A program made the position numbers and the translations under genes. 64,000 nucleotides of DNA from positions 1,671 through 65,670 of the forward strand of contig JANXXE010000193.1 of the NCBI GenBank assembly GCA_025350815.1. The letters run 5' to 3'. This document shows positions 8,705-17,332 of the stretch, in pieces. The notes under the pieces are model-generated. The model worked only from the letters and a program-made list of their open reading frames with translations. It did no database searches and was not told the origin of the DNA. This DNA is from Myxococcales bacterium. GTDB lineage: Bacteria; Myxococcota_A; Polyangia; Fen-1088. Each line of letters starts with the position of its first letter. The stretch's first letter is position 1.

Positions 8705-10270
8705 ATGAGTACCGCCCCGCCCGCAGCTCCGCGCCCACCCTGCCCCGGCGACACCGACATCGCGTCCTTCGTGTCGGGCGTGATTGATCCCGACAAGATC
8801 CCCGGGCTGGAGCAACACCTGGTCGACTGCCCGCGCTGTCACCGTCTCGTCGCGGAGCTGGCCCGCGACAGCATCGCCGATGACGCCGCCGACAACGGCG
8901 CCCCGCCCCCTCGGCAGACGATCCCGCAGCCGCAAACATTCGAGGCCCCCCGCACCCTGCAGGTCGGCGAGCGGGTCGGCAATCGCTACGACATCCGCCG
9001 CTTCATCGCCCGCGGCGGAATGGGCGAGGTCTACCTGGCCCACGACACGATTCTGGATGACGTGGTGGCCCTGAAGACCCTGCTGGTCACGTCCCTGGAC
9101 GACGAGCGAGCCGCGGATCGCCTGAAGGAAGAAGTCCTGGTCGCCCGCCGGGTCAGCCACACCAACGTGTGCCGCCTGCTGGAGTTCGGGGTGCACCAGA
9201 AAACCGGCGGCAAGGGGCTACCGGCCCTGGTTCCGTACCTGACCATGGAGATGCTGCAGGGACAGACCCTGCGGGCGCGCTTGCAGGATCGGGGGCCCCT
9301 GTCGACCACCGACGCCTTGCCCGTCGTCGGGCAGATTCTGGACGCGCTGGCGGCCATCCATGCCGCGCGCATCGTCCACCGCGATCTCAAGTGCGAAAAC
9401 GTCTTTCTGGTCCCGCTGCCCGATGGGGGCGAGCGCGTGGTGGTGACGGATCTGGGTCTGGCGCGCGAGCTGGCGACCGGGCGCCGCCGCTTCGAAACGG
9501 GTGGCGCGACGGTGGGAACGGTGGACTACATGGCACCCGAACAGATAGATGGTCAGCCGGCAGCGCCCACCTTCGACATCTACGCCCTGGGCGTGGTCCT
9601 GTTCCACATGATGACCGGGCGCATGCCCTTCGACGGCGGAACGGCGCTGTCGGCGGCGGCCCGGCGACTGACCGTCCCGGCGCCCCGGCTGGGGCAATTC
9701 GTCCCCGGGATCGATTCGCGCTGGGAGAACGTGATCGCGCGCTGCCTGGAACGCGATCCCGCGCGACGCTTTGCCAGCGTCGCCCAGATTCAGGCCGCCC
9801 TGGCGGAAACGATCCCCACGGCCGTACTGGTCGGGCCACGCCGTCGAATGGCAATCCTGGGCAGCGTGGGCGTCGCCGCGGCGGCGATCCTGCTGCTGGG
9901 ACCGGGGCGAAACCGGGCCACGCCACAAGTGGCCCGACCGGCGGAAACCGATCCCCGGAACGCCCCCCGAGACACGCCCGGCCCGCGGGCAGCGCGCGTG
10001 CTCCCGGCCCCTACTTCGCCGACCCCGATCGCCACCCCGCAAACGGTCTCTGATGACCCGGAAAGCGGGGTACGTGCGGTGTCCGCGCCGAAACACGCCC
10101 GGACGATCGTCCAGCCGGCCAGGCCACTGCCGACACCGGCCCTGGCGCCGGACGCCCAGCCTGCCACCCCGGACGCCGGTGCGTTGCCGGCACCCACGGC
10201 ACCGCCCGCAACGCCGTTGCGGCCCCGCCGCCATCCGGATGATGTCGTGTACCCGTTCGCCGGCAAGTGA
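8705..10270 (+). CDS. Ser/Thr protein kinase with N-terminal zinc-finger anti-sigma (ZAS, HxxxCxxC) domain, one TM helix and a Pro-rich tail
   Basis: ORF track 8639..10270; I start at ATG 8705 (MSTAPPAAPRPPCPGD...). The ZAS motif H-L-V-D-C-P-R-C lies at 8816-8839, with an upstream Cys13. Hanks kinase motifs are present: GRGGMGEVYLA, VALK, HRDLKCENVFL, DLGLAR, GTVDYMAPEQ. A TM helix (MAILGSVGVAAAAILLLG) is followed by ~110 Pro/Ala-rich residues with no recognisable sensor domain. Confidence 0.9.
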   Translation: MSTAPPAAPRPPCPGDTDIASFVSGVIDPDKIPGLEQHLVDCPRCHRLVAELARDSIADDAADNGAPPPRQTIPQPQTFEAPRTLQVGERVGNRYDIRRFIARGGMGEVYLAHDTILDDVVALKTLLVTSLDDERAADRLKEEVLVARRVSHTNVCRLLEFGVHQKTGGKGLPALVPYLTMEMLQGQTLRARLQDRGPLSTTDALPVVGQILDALAAIHAARIVHRDLKCENVFLVPLPDGGERVVVTDLGLARELATGRRRFETGGATVGTVDYMAPEQIDGQPAAPTFDIYALGVVLFHMMTGRMPFDGGTALSAAARRLTVPAPRLGQFVPGIDSRWENVIARCLERDPARRFASVAQIQAALAETIPTAVLVGPRRRMAILGSVGVAAAAILLLGPGRNRATPQVARPAETDPRNAPRDTPGPRAARVLPAPTSPTPIATPQTVSDDPESGVRAVSAPKHARTIVQPARPLPTPALAPDAQPATPDAGALPAPTAPPATPLRPRRHPDDVVYPFAGK

Positions 10271-10340
10271 TCCCCCCGGCCTTCCAGCGCGCCGCCCCCC
10301 CGGATTGACCCCACCGCAAAAGAGGTGTTAGTGGCCCGGG

Positions 10341-13300
10341 ATGATGATGATTCGCAGGCTCGTCCTGGCGGCCGTGGTGGGGGTGTTGTCGACGGCTTGC
10401 TCGTCCGGCCAGCAGAACCCGAAGATCCTTCCCGACGGTGACGCGCCCGTGCAGGTGGTCACCGTGGACGCCGGCGCCGCCCCCGACGCCCCCTGTGGCC
10501 GCGACGACGATCCGCTGAACTGTGGCCACTGTGGACATGATTGCACCACCCTGGCCCGACTGCGCGACCCCGCAGGTGTCAGGTGCCAGGCCGGCGCGTG
10601 CGTGATTCCGCCGACTGCCTGCGCCGCCGGGTTCGCACACTGCTCCGCCAACCCCGACGATGGCTGCGAGACGGCGATCAACAAGGATCGCTCGTGCGGC
10701 GCCTGCGGGCAGCTGTGCGCCAGCGGCACCCTTTGCCTGGCCAGCCCCGGCGGATTTGCCTGCGGCTGCGTCGCCCCCACCCCCGATCTGTGCGGGGGCC
10801 GTTGCGTCGACCTGAAGAAGGATGCCGTCAACTGCGGCGCCTGCGGCACGACCTGCCACTTCCCCAACGCCGATGGCCACTGCGCCGACGGCGTCTGCGT
10901 TATTGGCACCTGCGCCGCGGGCTTTGGTGACTGCACGACCGATCCCGGGTGCGAGACGCCCCTGACGGCCAGCTTTGCCAACTGTGGCGCGTGCGGGAAA
11001 AGCTGCGCGGTGCTGGGTGGCTCGGCGGTCTGCGAAAACAGCGTCTGCGGCCGCGTCACCTGCGAGGCCGGCTTTGGCGACTGTGACCAGGGTCGTCCCG
11101 ACTGCGAAACCCCGCTGAACACCAGCCTGCACTGCGGCTCATGTGGCGCGGAGTGCGCGGGGTCGACCCCGTTGTGCGCGGTGGTTGATGGACGGCAGGT
11201 CTGTACCGCTGGCTGCACCGTCGCCTCCCCGGATCGCTGCGGCTCGCGGTGCGTGGACCGGGCCGTCGACAGGTTCAACTGCGGTGCCTGCGACCGCACC
11301 TGCGACTTCCGCCACGCCGCAGCCACCTGCCGGGCCGGTCAGTGCGTGATGGGAACCTGCCTCGACGGCTTCGCCGATTGCAACAGGGACACCCGCGACG
11401 GCTGCGAGGCCCCCCTGGATACCGCCACGAACTGTGGGATCTGCGGGGTGCAGTGCGCCGGGGCGACCCCGCTGTGCGCGACGGTCAACGGGCGCCTGAC
11501 CTGCACGGTGGGCTGCGCGACCGCGATCCCCGATCGCTGTGGTTCCCAGTGCGTGGACCGCAAGACCGACCGGTACCACTGCGGGGCGTGTGATCACATC
11601 TGCACCTTCCCGCATGCGGGCAGCAGTTGCGCCGCCGGCCAGTGCGCGATGGGCGCGTGCCTGGACGGATTTGCCGACTGCAACAAGGATACCCGCGACG
11701 GCTGCGAGACGGCCCTCGACACCGCCGCAAACTGCGGCACCTGCGGGAACTCGTGCCAGATCCCCAACGCCACCTCGACGTGCGTCGCCGGCACTTGCTC
11801 GAAGCCCACGTGCAACCCGGGGTGGGACAGCTGCGACACCACCAGCCCCGACTGCGAAACGTCGCTGGGCCTGGCCGATCACTGCGGATCGTGCACGTCC
11901 AGATGTTCGGGCGCCACGCCACTGTGCTCGGCCGCCAGTGGCACAGCGATGTGCGTCGCTGGTTGTCCCACCGCCGCACCCGTCCGCTGTGACGACACCT
12001 GCGTCGACGTGACGTCGAACGCACACGCTTGCGGAAGCTGCGGTACCAGTTGCGAGGGCCGCTTCCCCAACGCGGGCGCCACCTGCGCCGGGGGCAAGTG
12101 CGTGATGGGGGCCTGCGAACCGGGCTACCTGAAGGATGGCGATCATTGCCTGAAATGCGCTGCCCAGGTGGTCGGGGTGTGCGGACGCGGCCCCGACGGC
12201 ATCCAGTGCGGCGTCTCGAACGGCAAGGACGCCTTCACGGCGATCAAGTCGTGGACCACGGGGTACGACGACGCGACGGCCTGGAACATCAGCCCCTCCT
12301 ACTGGGGGACCGTCCAGTTTCTCGACGTCAACGGCGACTCGGCCGCGGACGTTTGCGGTCGGGCCCACGACGGCATCTATTGTGCGCTCGCCGCCTCGAC
12401 ATCCTTTTCGACCGCCCTGCCGTGGCTGCCGGAATTCCTGAACGACAAGGGGTACTACGACTACCGTGACTTCTGGGGCAGCATTCAGTATCCCGACGTC
12501 AACGGGGACGGCCGCCGTGATGTCTGCGCCCGCAACGGCACCGGAATCCTGTGCGCCCTGGGCGGGCCCAATTCGTTCGGGCGTGCGGATCTGTGGGTCT
12601 CGGGCTTCGACGACGCGGCCCGGTGGTGGCAGTCCCCCTACTGGCCCAGCGTTCAGTTTCCCGACGTCGACGGCGACGGACGCGCCGACGTCTGTGGACG
12701 CGGGATGGATGGAATCGTCTGCGGGCTGTCCAGGGCCAACGGCTTCTCCGACTTAAAGATCTGGGAGCCGTCGTTCGCCGACGCCGGCGGGTGGGATCTG
12801 GACGCCTCGCGCTTCGCGACGATCCAGTACCCGGACGTCGACGGCGACGGCAAGGCCGACGTCTGCGGGCGCCACGCGGATGGTATCCGTTGCGCCACGT
12901 CCACCGGTGGCGGCTTCCGCCCGTCGTCGCGCTGGACCGCCGGTTTCGCCGATCCCACCTTCGCCAGCCCCGATTACGCCGCCACCATCCAGTTTCCCGA
13001 CCTGAACGACGACGGCAAGGCGGATGTCTGCGGCAAGGGCAAGGACGGCATCTTCTGCGCGCTGTCGACCGGCAGCGCCTTCGGGCCCGTCACCCTGTGG
13101 CAGGCGCAGTTCAGCGACGCGGCGGGCTGGGAGGCGCAAGCCCAAAGCGGCACCATCCAGTTCCCCGATCTGGACGCCGACGGCAAGCCGGACGTGTGCG
13201 GCCGAGGCAAAGACGGGATCGTGTGCGCGCTGTCGAATGGCGCCACGGGCTTCGCGCCGGCGACCCTGTGGACGTCGAACTACGCGGATCCGACCTGGGC

Positions 13301-13412
13301 CAAGCCGGAATACGGTTCCACCCTGGCCTTCCCGCTGATCGACGGCGGCACCTGCCGCAAACATTCGAAAGCCACGCCCTTCCCGCGGCAGGCGGCGCGG
13401 ATTCCGTTCTAG
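10341..13412 (+). CDS. Cys-rich (Stig1-like module array) FG-GAP/VCBS-like beta-propeller lipoprotein, large paralog
   Basis: ORF track 1023 aa; [23 protein letters not shown] carries a lipobox. About 600 aa consist of repeated CxxGxCxxxxCxxGFxDCxxxxxxGCExxLxxxxxCGxCGxxC and [23 protein letters not shown] modules. Six blades follow (e.g. [27 protein letters not shown]), plus a degenerate seventh ([13 protein letters not shown]). The protein ends ...RQAARIPF. Its N-terminal module aligns with that of the 5869..7752 protein (PCG..DP.NCG.CG.DC...[13 protein letters not shown]). Confidence 0.9.
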   Translation: MMMIRRLVLAAVVGVLSTACSSGQQNPKILPDGDAPVQVVTVDAGAAPDAPCGRDDDPLNCGHCGHDCTTLARLRDPAGVRCQAGACVIPPTACAAGFAHCSANPDDGCETAINKDRSCGACGQLCASGTLCLASPGGFACGCVAPTPDLCGGRCVDLKKDAVNCGACGTTCHFPNADGHCADGVCVIGTCAAGFGDCTTDPGCETPLTASFANCGACGKSCAVLGGSAVCENSVCGRVTCEAGFGDCDQGRPDCETPLNTSLHCGSCGAECAGSTPLCAVVDGRQVCTAGCTVASPDRCGSRCVDRAVDRFNCGACDRTCDFRHAAATCRAGQCVMGTCLDGFADCNRDTRDGCEAPLDTATNCGICGVQCAGATPLCATVNGRLTCTVGCATAIPDRCGSQCVDRKTDRYHCGACDHICTFPHAGSSCAAGQCAMGACLDGFADCNKDTRDGCETALDTAANCGTCGNSCQIPNATSTCVAGTCSKPTCNPGWDSCDTTSPDCETSLGLADHCGSCTSRCSGATPLCSAASGTAMCVAGCPTAAPVRCDDTCVDVTSNAHACGSCGTSCEGRFPNAGATCAGGKCVMGACEPGYLKDGDHCLKCAAQVVGVCGRGPDGIQCGVSNGKDAFTAIKSWTTGYDDATAWNISPSYWGTVQFLDVNGDSAADVCGRAHDGIYCALAASTSFSTALPWLPEFLNDKGYYDYRDFWGSIQYPDVNGDGRRDVCARNGTGILCALGGPNSFGRADLWVSGFDDAARWWQSPYWPSVQFPDVDGDGRADVCGRGMDGIVCGLSRANGFSDLKIWEPSFADAGGWDLDASRFATIQYPDVDGDGKADVCGRHADGIRCATSTGGGFRPSSRWTAGFADPTFASPDYAATIQFPDLNDDGKADVCGKGKDGIFCALSTGSAFGPVTLWQAQFSDAAGWEAQAQSGTIQFPDLDADGKPDVCGRGKDGIVCALSNGATGFAPATLWTSNYADPTWAKPEYGSTLAFPLIDGGTCRKHSKATPFPRQAARIPF
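11101..11700. repeat. Tandem 300-bp coding duplication (two ~100-aa Cys-rich modules) inside the large lipoprotein gene
   Basis: Sequence rows 11161 and 11461, 11221 and 11521, 11281 and 11581, and 11341 and 11641 align column for column at an exact 300-bp offset. Examples: ggtcgacccc gttgtgcgcg vs gggcgacccc gctgtgcgcg; agtgcgtgat gggaacctgc vs agtgcgcgat gggcgcgtgc. I judge identity at roughly three quarters by eye. Confidence 0.85.
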
Positions 13413-13415
13413 TCA

Positions 13416-13543
13416 TGGCCCTGGTCAGCACCGACGAGGGTGCCCTGCGCCCGGTCCTCGATGGCCGGGGACTCCGCTTGACGTGGTACCAGGCAACGCG
13501 GCATACCTTCGCCTCGCACCAAGGGAACGATATGCCCACTTAA
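13416..13543 (+). pseudogene. Short remnant of a tyrosine recombinase (phage-type integrase) gene
   Basis: The tail of ORF 12551..13543 reads ...[26 protein letters not shown]. The [11 protein letters not shown] segment matches the conserved R-H-T-F-A-S box of tyrosine integrases. Only ~25 aa are recognisable, with no upstream catalytic region. It lies 61 bp upstream of tRNA-Ser. Confidence 0.35.
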
Positions 13544-13604
13544 TTCCGGAACAATGGACTTGGAGGGGTCCGAAGAGGGGTCGCAAGTATCTGAAAGTAT
13601 GAAC

Positions 13605-13692
13605 GGAGAGATGGCCGAGTGGTCGAAGGCGCATGATTGGAAATCATGTGTACCGAAAGGTACCGAGGGTTCGAATCCCTCTCTCTCCTCCA
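13605..13692 (+). tRNA. tRNA-Ser (anticodon GGA)
   Basis: GGAGAGATGGCCGAGTGGTCGAAGGCGCATGATTGGAAATCATGTGTACCGAAAGGTACCGAGGGTTCGAATCCCTCTCTCTCCTCCA. Acceptor stem GGAGAGA/TCTCTCC. Anticodon stem CATGA/TCATG with loop TTGGAAA (anticodon GGA). Long variable arm (GTACC-GAAA-GGTAC) typical of class II tRNAs. T-arm GAGGG-TTCGAAT-CCCTC. CCA is encoded. Confidence 0.95.
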
Positions 13693-13907
13693 GCCAAGAC
13701 GGCACCCGGTCACGCCCATCAGGCGACGCGGCTGGGCGATCACGACATCGTCGTACGGACTGACGCCCCTGGTATTTTGCCGCGACCTGTGACAAATAGA
13801 ACGCGGTCCCGGGTGACGGAACTTTGGCGAACCCCGCCAGGCCCGGAAGGGAGCAACGGTACCCATTCGACCGGGTGCTCGGGACCATAACTTTCTTTTC
13901 GGGTTGC

Positions 13908-14249
13908 ATGGCCGACGTCGTCTACTTGATCCGCGACATGCTGTTCACCTCGAAAATTCGCGAGGTGGCCACGCAACTGGGTCTCAAGGTGCAGGGCGCG
14001 CCCGATCCGGCGGCACTGGTGCGCGCGGCCCCGGGTGCCCGCCTGGTTATTATCGACCTGCGCCTCGATCGCGCGATGGACGCCCTGGCGGCGCTGGCGG
14101 CCGAGCCGACCCTGGCCGCGATCCCGCGCGTGGGTTTCGTCGATCACGAAAAGGTCGACGTCATGGACGCCGCGCGCGCCGCGGGCTGTGCCCAGGTGCT
14201 GACGAAGGGGCAGTTCGCGAAAGATCTGCCGAACCTGCTGGCGTTCTAG
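13908..14249 (+). CDS. Small CheY-like receiver-fold protein (degenerate receiver)
   Basis: ORF track 13824..14249; I start at ATG 13908 ([20 protein letters not shown]...). The alternating strand/helix pattern, with LVIIDLRLD (Asp at the expected acceptor position) and LTKGQF near the C-terminus, resembles a receiver domain. The N-terminal acidic pair is missing. Confidence 0.5.
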   Translation: MADVVYLIRDMLFTSKIREVATQLGLKVQGAPDPAALVRAAPGARLVIIDLRLDRAMDALAALAAEPTLAAIPRVGFVDHEKVDVMDAARAAGCAQVLTKGQFAKDLPNLLAF

Positions 14250-14256
14250 CCGACCG

Positions 14257-14874
14257 TCACGCCCACAACGGAATCAGCTCGCGCAGCGAGCGCACGATTC
14301 GATCGGGCGGCCCCCATTCGTCGATGGCCGCGGGGGGCTGGTCTATCAGCAACGCCGTCGGGCAGCCCGCCGCACGGCCGGCCAGGATATCGAACTTGTA
14401 GTCCCCGACCACCAGCGTGCGCGCAGGATCGCTGCCGAAGCGCTGGCACAGCGCCACGACACCCGCGGGTGACGGTTTGGCCGGCCCGTCTTCGCGCGTA
14501 TACACACCGTCAAACTGGAATCCGAAGCGCTGCACGAACAGGCCGACGCCCTCGCGCGTGTTTCGGGTCAAGATGCCGCGGGGGATCTGGCGCCCTTCCA
14601 ACAGGGCCAGCAGTTCGTCACAGCCGTCCGACAAGGTGGCCCGCTCGATCGCCTCGCGCTCGTGCCGGCGCATGATCACCTCGGCGGACCGGCGCAACGA
14701 TTCGTCAGCGGCGTCCAGCTGTTCCAGGATGGGCAGATGGGGCGCAAGGCCGATTTCGGCGCGGATGGCGTCGAAATCCAGCAAGGGGACCGTCAGCGTG
14801 CCGTCCAGATCGAATATAACGGCAGCGGGCGCTTCTTGGCGCCCAGGTGCGGGAAAGATCAGGTGGTCGGACAT
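14257..14874 (-). CDS. HAD-superfamily hydrolase (phosphatase, subfamily IA-like)
   Basis: ORF track 205 aa. Motif I VIFDLDGTL, motif II ILTRNT, motif IV VVGDYKFDILAGRAAG. Confidence 0.85.
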   Translation of the reverse strand: MSDHLIFPAPGRQEAPAAVIFDLDGTLTVPLLDFDAIRAEIGLAPHLPILEQLDAADESLRRSAEVIMRRHEREAIERATLSDGCDELLALLEGRQIPRGILTRNTREGVGLFVQRFGFQFDGVYTREDGPAKPSPAGVVALCQRFGSDPARTLVVGDYKFDILAGRAAGCPTALLIDQPPAAIDEWGPPDRIVRSLRELIPLWA

Positions 14875-14933
14875 GGCGGGGCTACGAAGTCATTGGGTGT
14901 TAAGATTGCGGGACTGCCTCGTAACCAGGAGAC

Positions 14934-15209
14934 ATGATGCCCCGGATGGTCAAATGCGTAAAACTAGGTGAGACACTGCCCGGTGTCGGCTACAAACCGT
15001 TCATAAACGAGCTGGGACAGCGGATCTACGACAACGTTTCCCAGCAAGCGTGGATGCTGTGGGTGGAATTTTCGAAGAAGATCGTGAACGAGCTGCGTCT
15101 CGATCTGACGTCGCCAGCGGGCCAGAAGCTGCTACTGGAACAGGCCGAGCAATTCTTCTTCGGAACCGGCGGACAGAACCCACCCAACTACGTGCCGCCC
15201 CAGCACTGA
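14934..15209 (+). CDS. yggX: Fe(2+)-trafficking / oxidative-damage protection protein YggX
   Basis: ORF track 91 aa. [72 protein letters not shown] is collinear with E. coli YggX as I recall it (...[22 protein letters not shown]...[26 protein letters not shown]). Confidence 0.85.
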   Translation: MMPRMVKCVKLGETLPGVGYKPFINELGQRIYDNVSQQAWMLWVEFSKKIVNELRLDLTSPAGQKLLLEQAEQFFFGTGGQNPPNYVPPQH

Positions 15210-15222
15210 TCAGGCTTCGCTG

Positions 15223-16308
15223 ATGGCCGACAACAGTCCGCGCAGGCCCCCTGGCCCGGTTCCGCCCCCTGGCGCCAAGCCCGGACAGGCCACACCCGGA
15301 CAGACTGCGCCCGTTCGCTGGCCCACGGGGACCATGCCGACCATCAGCCCGCTGGACGCTGACCGGGCCCGCCGCGGCAGCAGCACCAGCCTGCCCGTGA
15401 TGACGCCCGCCGGCCCGGCCGCCGCACCCGGCGCCGCAGCCACCAAGATCCGCACTGTCACCGGTATGGTCCCGATCGTCGCCCCCGGCGCCAATACGGC
15501 CGAACAAAAACGCACGCTGACGGGCATGGTGCCGATTCCGGGACCCACGCGACCCAACGCCCCCGCCGCGCCCATGATTCCCCGCGATCCGCGCGCGCCC
15601 CTGATCGTCCCCGTCCGTTACAAATACGAAAGCTTCATCGATTTCGTCGAAACACAGTCCATGAATGTCAGCCGATCGGGCATGTTCGTGATGGGCAGCG
15701 AATCGCTGACCGTCGGCACGGTGCTGGACTTCGAATTTCTGCTGGCCGACGGATTTGCCATCCTCAAGGGCAAGGCCGAGGTGGTTCGCGCCAGCAAGAC
15801 GCCGCCCGTGGGCCTCGGCGTGCGCTTCCAGAAGCTGGACGAAGCCAGCCGCAAGCTTATTGATCGCATCGTCGAGGTGAACACCGAAGAGGGTAAGAAA
15901 CCCTCGGTGCCGCTGGATTTCACCGAGGCCCCCACCGCCCGGCCGCCGGGATCGTCCCCCGGCGTATCCGCGTACACAACGGCGCCGACCCCTTCGACGC
16001 CGGCGCTGGTTTTCGACAACCGCGATCTGCACATGCGTGTGAATCCGGTGACCGTCGGCTACTTCCTGCACAACCCGCTGCTGAACATTCGCCTGGGCGG
16101 CTTCGTGGTTCCCTGCGCCGAGGACGTGCCACTGGGAACGATGTTCAACGTGACGATCACAGATGTGCAGGGGCAAAATCTGTTCAGCGGCAAGGGCAAG
16201 GTGGTCGCCAAGCACGAGCTGCGGCTCGGCATCCGCCTGACTTACAACGACAAGGCCGCCATCGGCCTGCTGCAGGCGGAAATCAGCAAGCTCGCCCCCA
16301 GTAAGTAA
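15223..16308 (+). CDS. PilZ-like domain protein (myxobacterial TIGR02266-like domain) with Pro-rich N-terminus
   Basis: ORF track 361 aa. PRDPRAPLIVPVRYKYESFIDFVETQSMNVSRSGMFVMG...GLGVRFQKLDEASRKLIDRIV matches the pattern of the Myxococcus paralogous PilZ-type domain. An N-x-S-x-x-G half-site is present. Confidence 0.75.
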   Translation: MADNSPRRPPGPVPPPGAKPGQATPGQTAPVRWPTGTMPTISPLDADRARRGSSTSLPVMTPAGPAAAPGAAATKIRTVTGMVPIVAPGANTAEQKRTLTGMVPIPGPTRPNAPAAPMIPRDPRAPLIVPVRYKYESFIDFVETQSMNVSRSGMFVMGSESLTVGTVLDFEFLLADGFAILKGKAEVVRASKTPPVGLGVRFQKLDEASRKLIDRIVEVNTEEGKKPSVPLDFTEAPTARPPGSSPGVSAYTTAPTPSTPALVFDNRDLHMRVNPVTVGYFLHNPLLNIRLGGFVVPCAEDVPLGTMFNVTITDVQGQNLFSGKGKVVAKHELRLGIRLTYNDKAAIGLLQAEISKLAPSK

Positions 16309-16357
16309 CGCGCGGGGCGCTCGCATTTGGCGCGGTGGTGATATCTTGTCGCCCTCC

Positions 16358-17332
16358 ATGAGCAAGCAGCAGCCGAGCGACAAACGCGACAGCAAGGGCA
16401 ACACCACCCCCGGTCTGGACACCGGCGCCGACGCCGCCAAGGCGCGACTGGCGGCCACCGGCCGCAACGATGCCTGCCCCTGCGGCTCGGGCAAGAAGTT
16501 CAAGAAATGCCACATGCTGGGCGACGAAGCGGCAGCAGCGCCGCCCGTCGTTGCACCCGACGCGCCCACGCTGGTACTGGAAGGCTGGCGCCTTTTCGAA
16601 CAGCGCCGGCCCGGGGCCGCCGAAAAGGAATTCCGAAGGGCCCTCGAACTTAACCCCGCCATGCCAGAGGCGCGCGTCGGCATCGGGATGGCACGCCTGT
16701 CGGCCGGCGACAACGACGTTGCCCGGACGGAATTGCAAGAGGTCGTGAAGACCAGCGAGGCCCTCGCGGCGCAGTTGCGCAAGGACGGGATCAAGGACGC
16801 CTTCACACGCACGGAGGCCCAGCCTTACATCCGGGCCAGCCACGCCCTCGGGTGCCTCGCCTACGATCAGGAACGCTACGACGACACGCTTTCCGATCTC
16901 GAACATGTCTACAGCATCGACGAAGGCCCGGTCGGCACCGAGGCGCGCCTCATCGCGGCCAAGACGCTGGTCAAGGTCGGTCGGCCGGCCGAGGCGGTGC
17001 CGTTGCTTGAGGTGGCGTCCGGGGCCGAAGGCGCCGCCAGCCGCGCGCAGATGGGACTGGCTTTGGCCCATTTCGCCGCCGGCAACACGGCCGCCGCCAA
17101 GAAATCTCTCGGCCAGGCACTGGACGCCAACCAGTACCTGGCAGCCGCGGTGCTGGGACAGCTGCGCGCGCGCACCGACCGGACGACGGGCGCCGCTGCT
17201 GGCAGCCGGGAAGAAGCCCTGACGTACGCGCAGACCTACGGCGACGTGTGGACCGAGGACGGCAAGAAGTTTCTGAAGGCGGCGCTGGCGACGCGCAATC
17301 ACGAGGACGAGGCCGCCGATTCCGCACCCTGA
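16358..17332 (+). CDS. SEC-C metal-binding motif + TPR repeat protein
   Basis: ORF track 16346..17332 (TTG start); ATG at 16358 gives MSKQQPSDKRD. The SEC-C motif is NDACPCGSGKKFKKCH. TPR-like helices follow (EKEFRRALELNPAMPEARVGIGMARL..., LGCLAYDQERYDDTLSDLEHVY). Confidence 0.8.
   Translation: MSKQQPSDKRDSKGNTTPGLDTGADAAKARLAATGRNDACPCGSGKKFKKCHMLGDEAAAAPPVVAPDAPTLVLEGWRLFEQRRPGAAEKEFRRALELNPAMPEARVGIGMARLSAGDNDVARTELQEVVKTSEALAAQLRKDGIKDAFTRTEAQPYIRASHALGCLAYDQERYDDTLSDLEHVYSIDEGPVGTEARLIAAKTLVKVGRPAEAVPLLEVASGAEGAASRAQMGLALAHFAAGNTAAAKKSLGQALDANQYLAAAVLGQLRARTDRTTGAAAGSREEALTYAQTYGDVWTEDGKKFLKAALATRNHEDEAADSAP

Noticed and set aside
10011-12368. Several 330-410-aa minus-strand ORFs (10011..11132, 10328..11326, 11139..12368)
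   Set aside because: They lie antisense to the Cys-rich repeat region of the large lipoprotein. Repetitive GC-rich coding DNA keeps the opposite strand open, and no domain signatures are present.
15001-16812. 603-aa ORF on the minus strand
   Set aside because: It is antisense to three well-supported plus-strand genes (yggX, PilZ-like, SEC-C/TPR). Its composition is dominated by Arg, Ala and Gly with no motifs. This is a typical high-GC shadow ORF.
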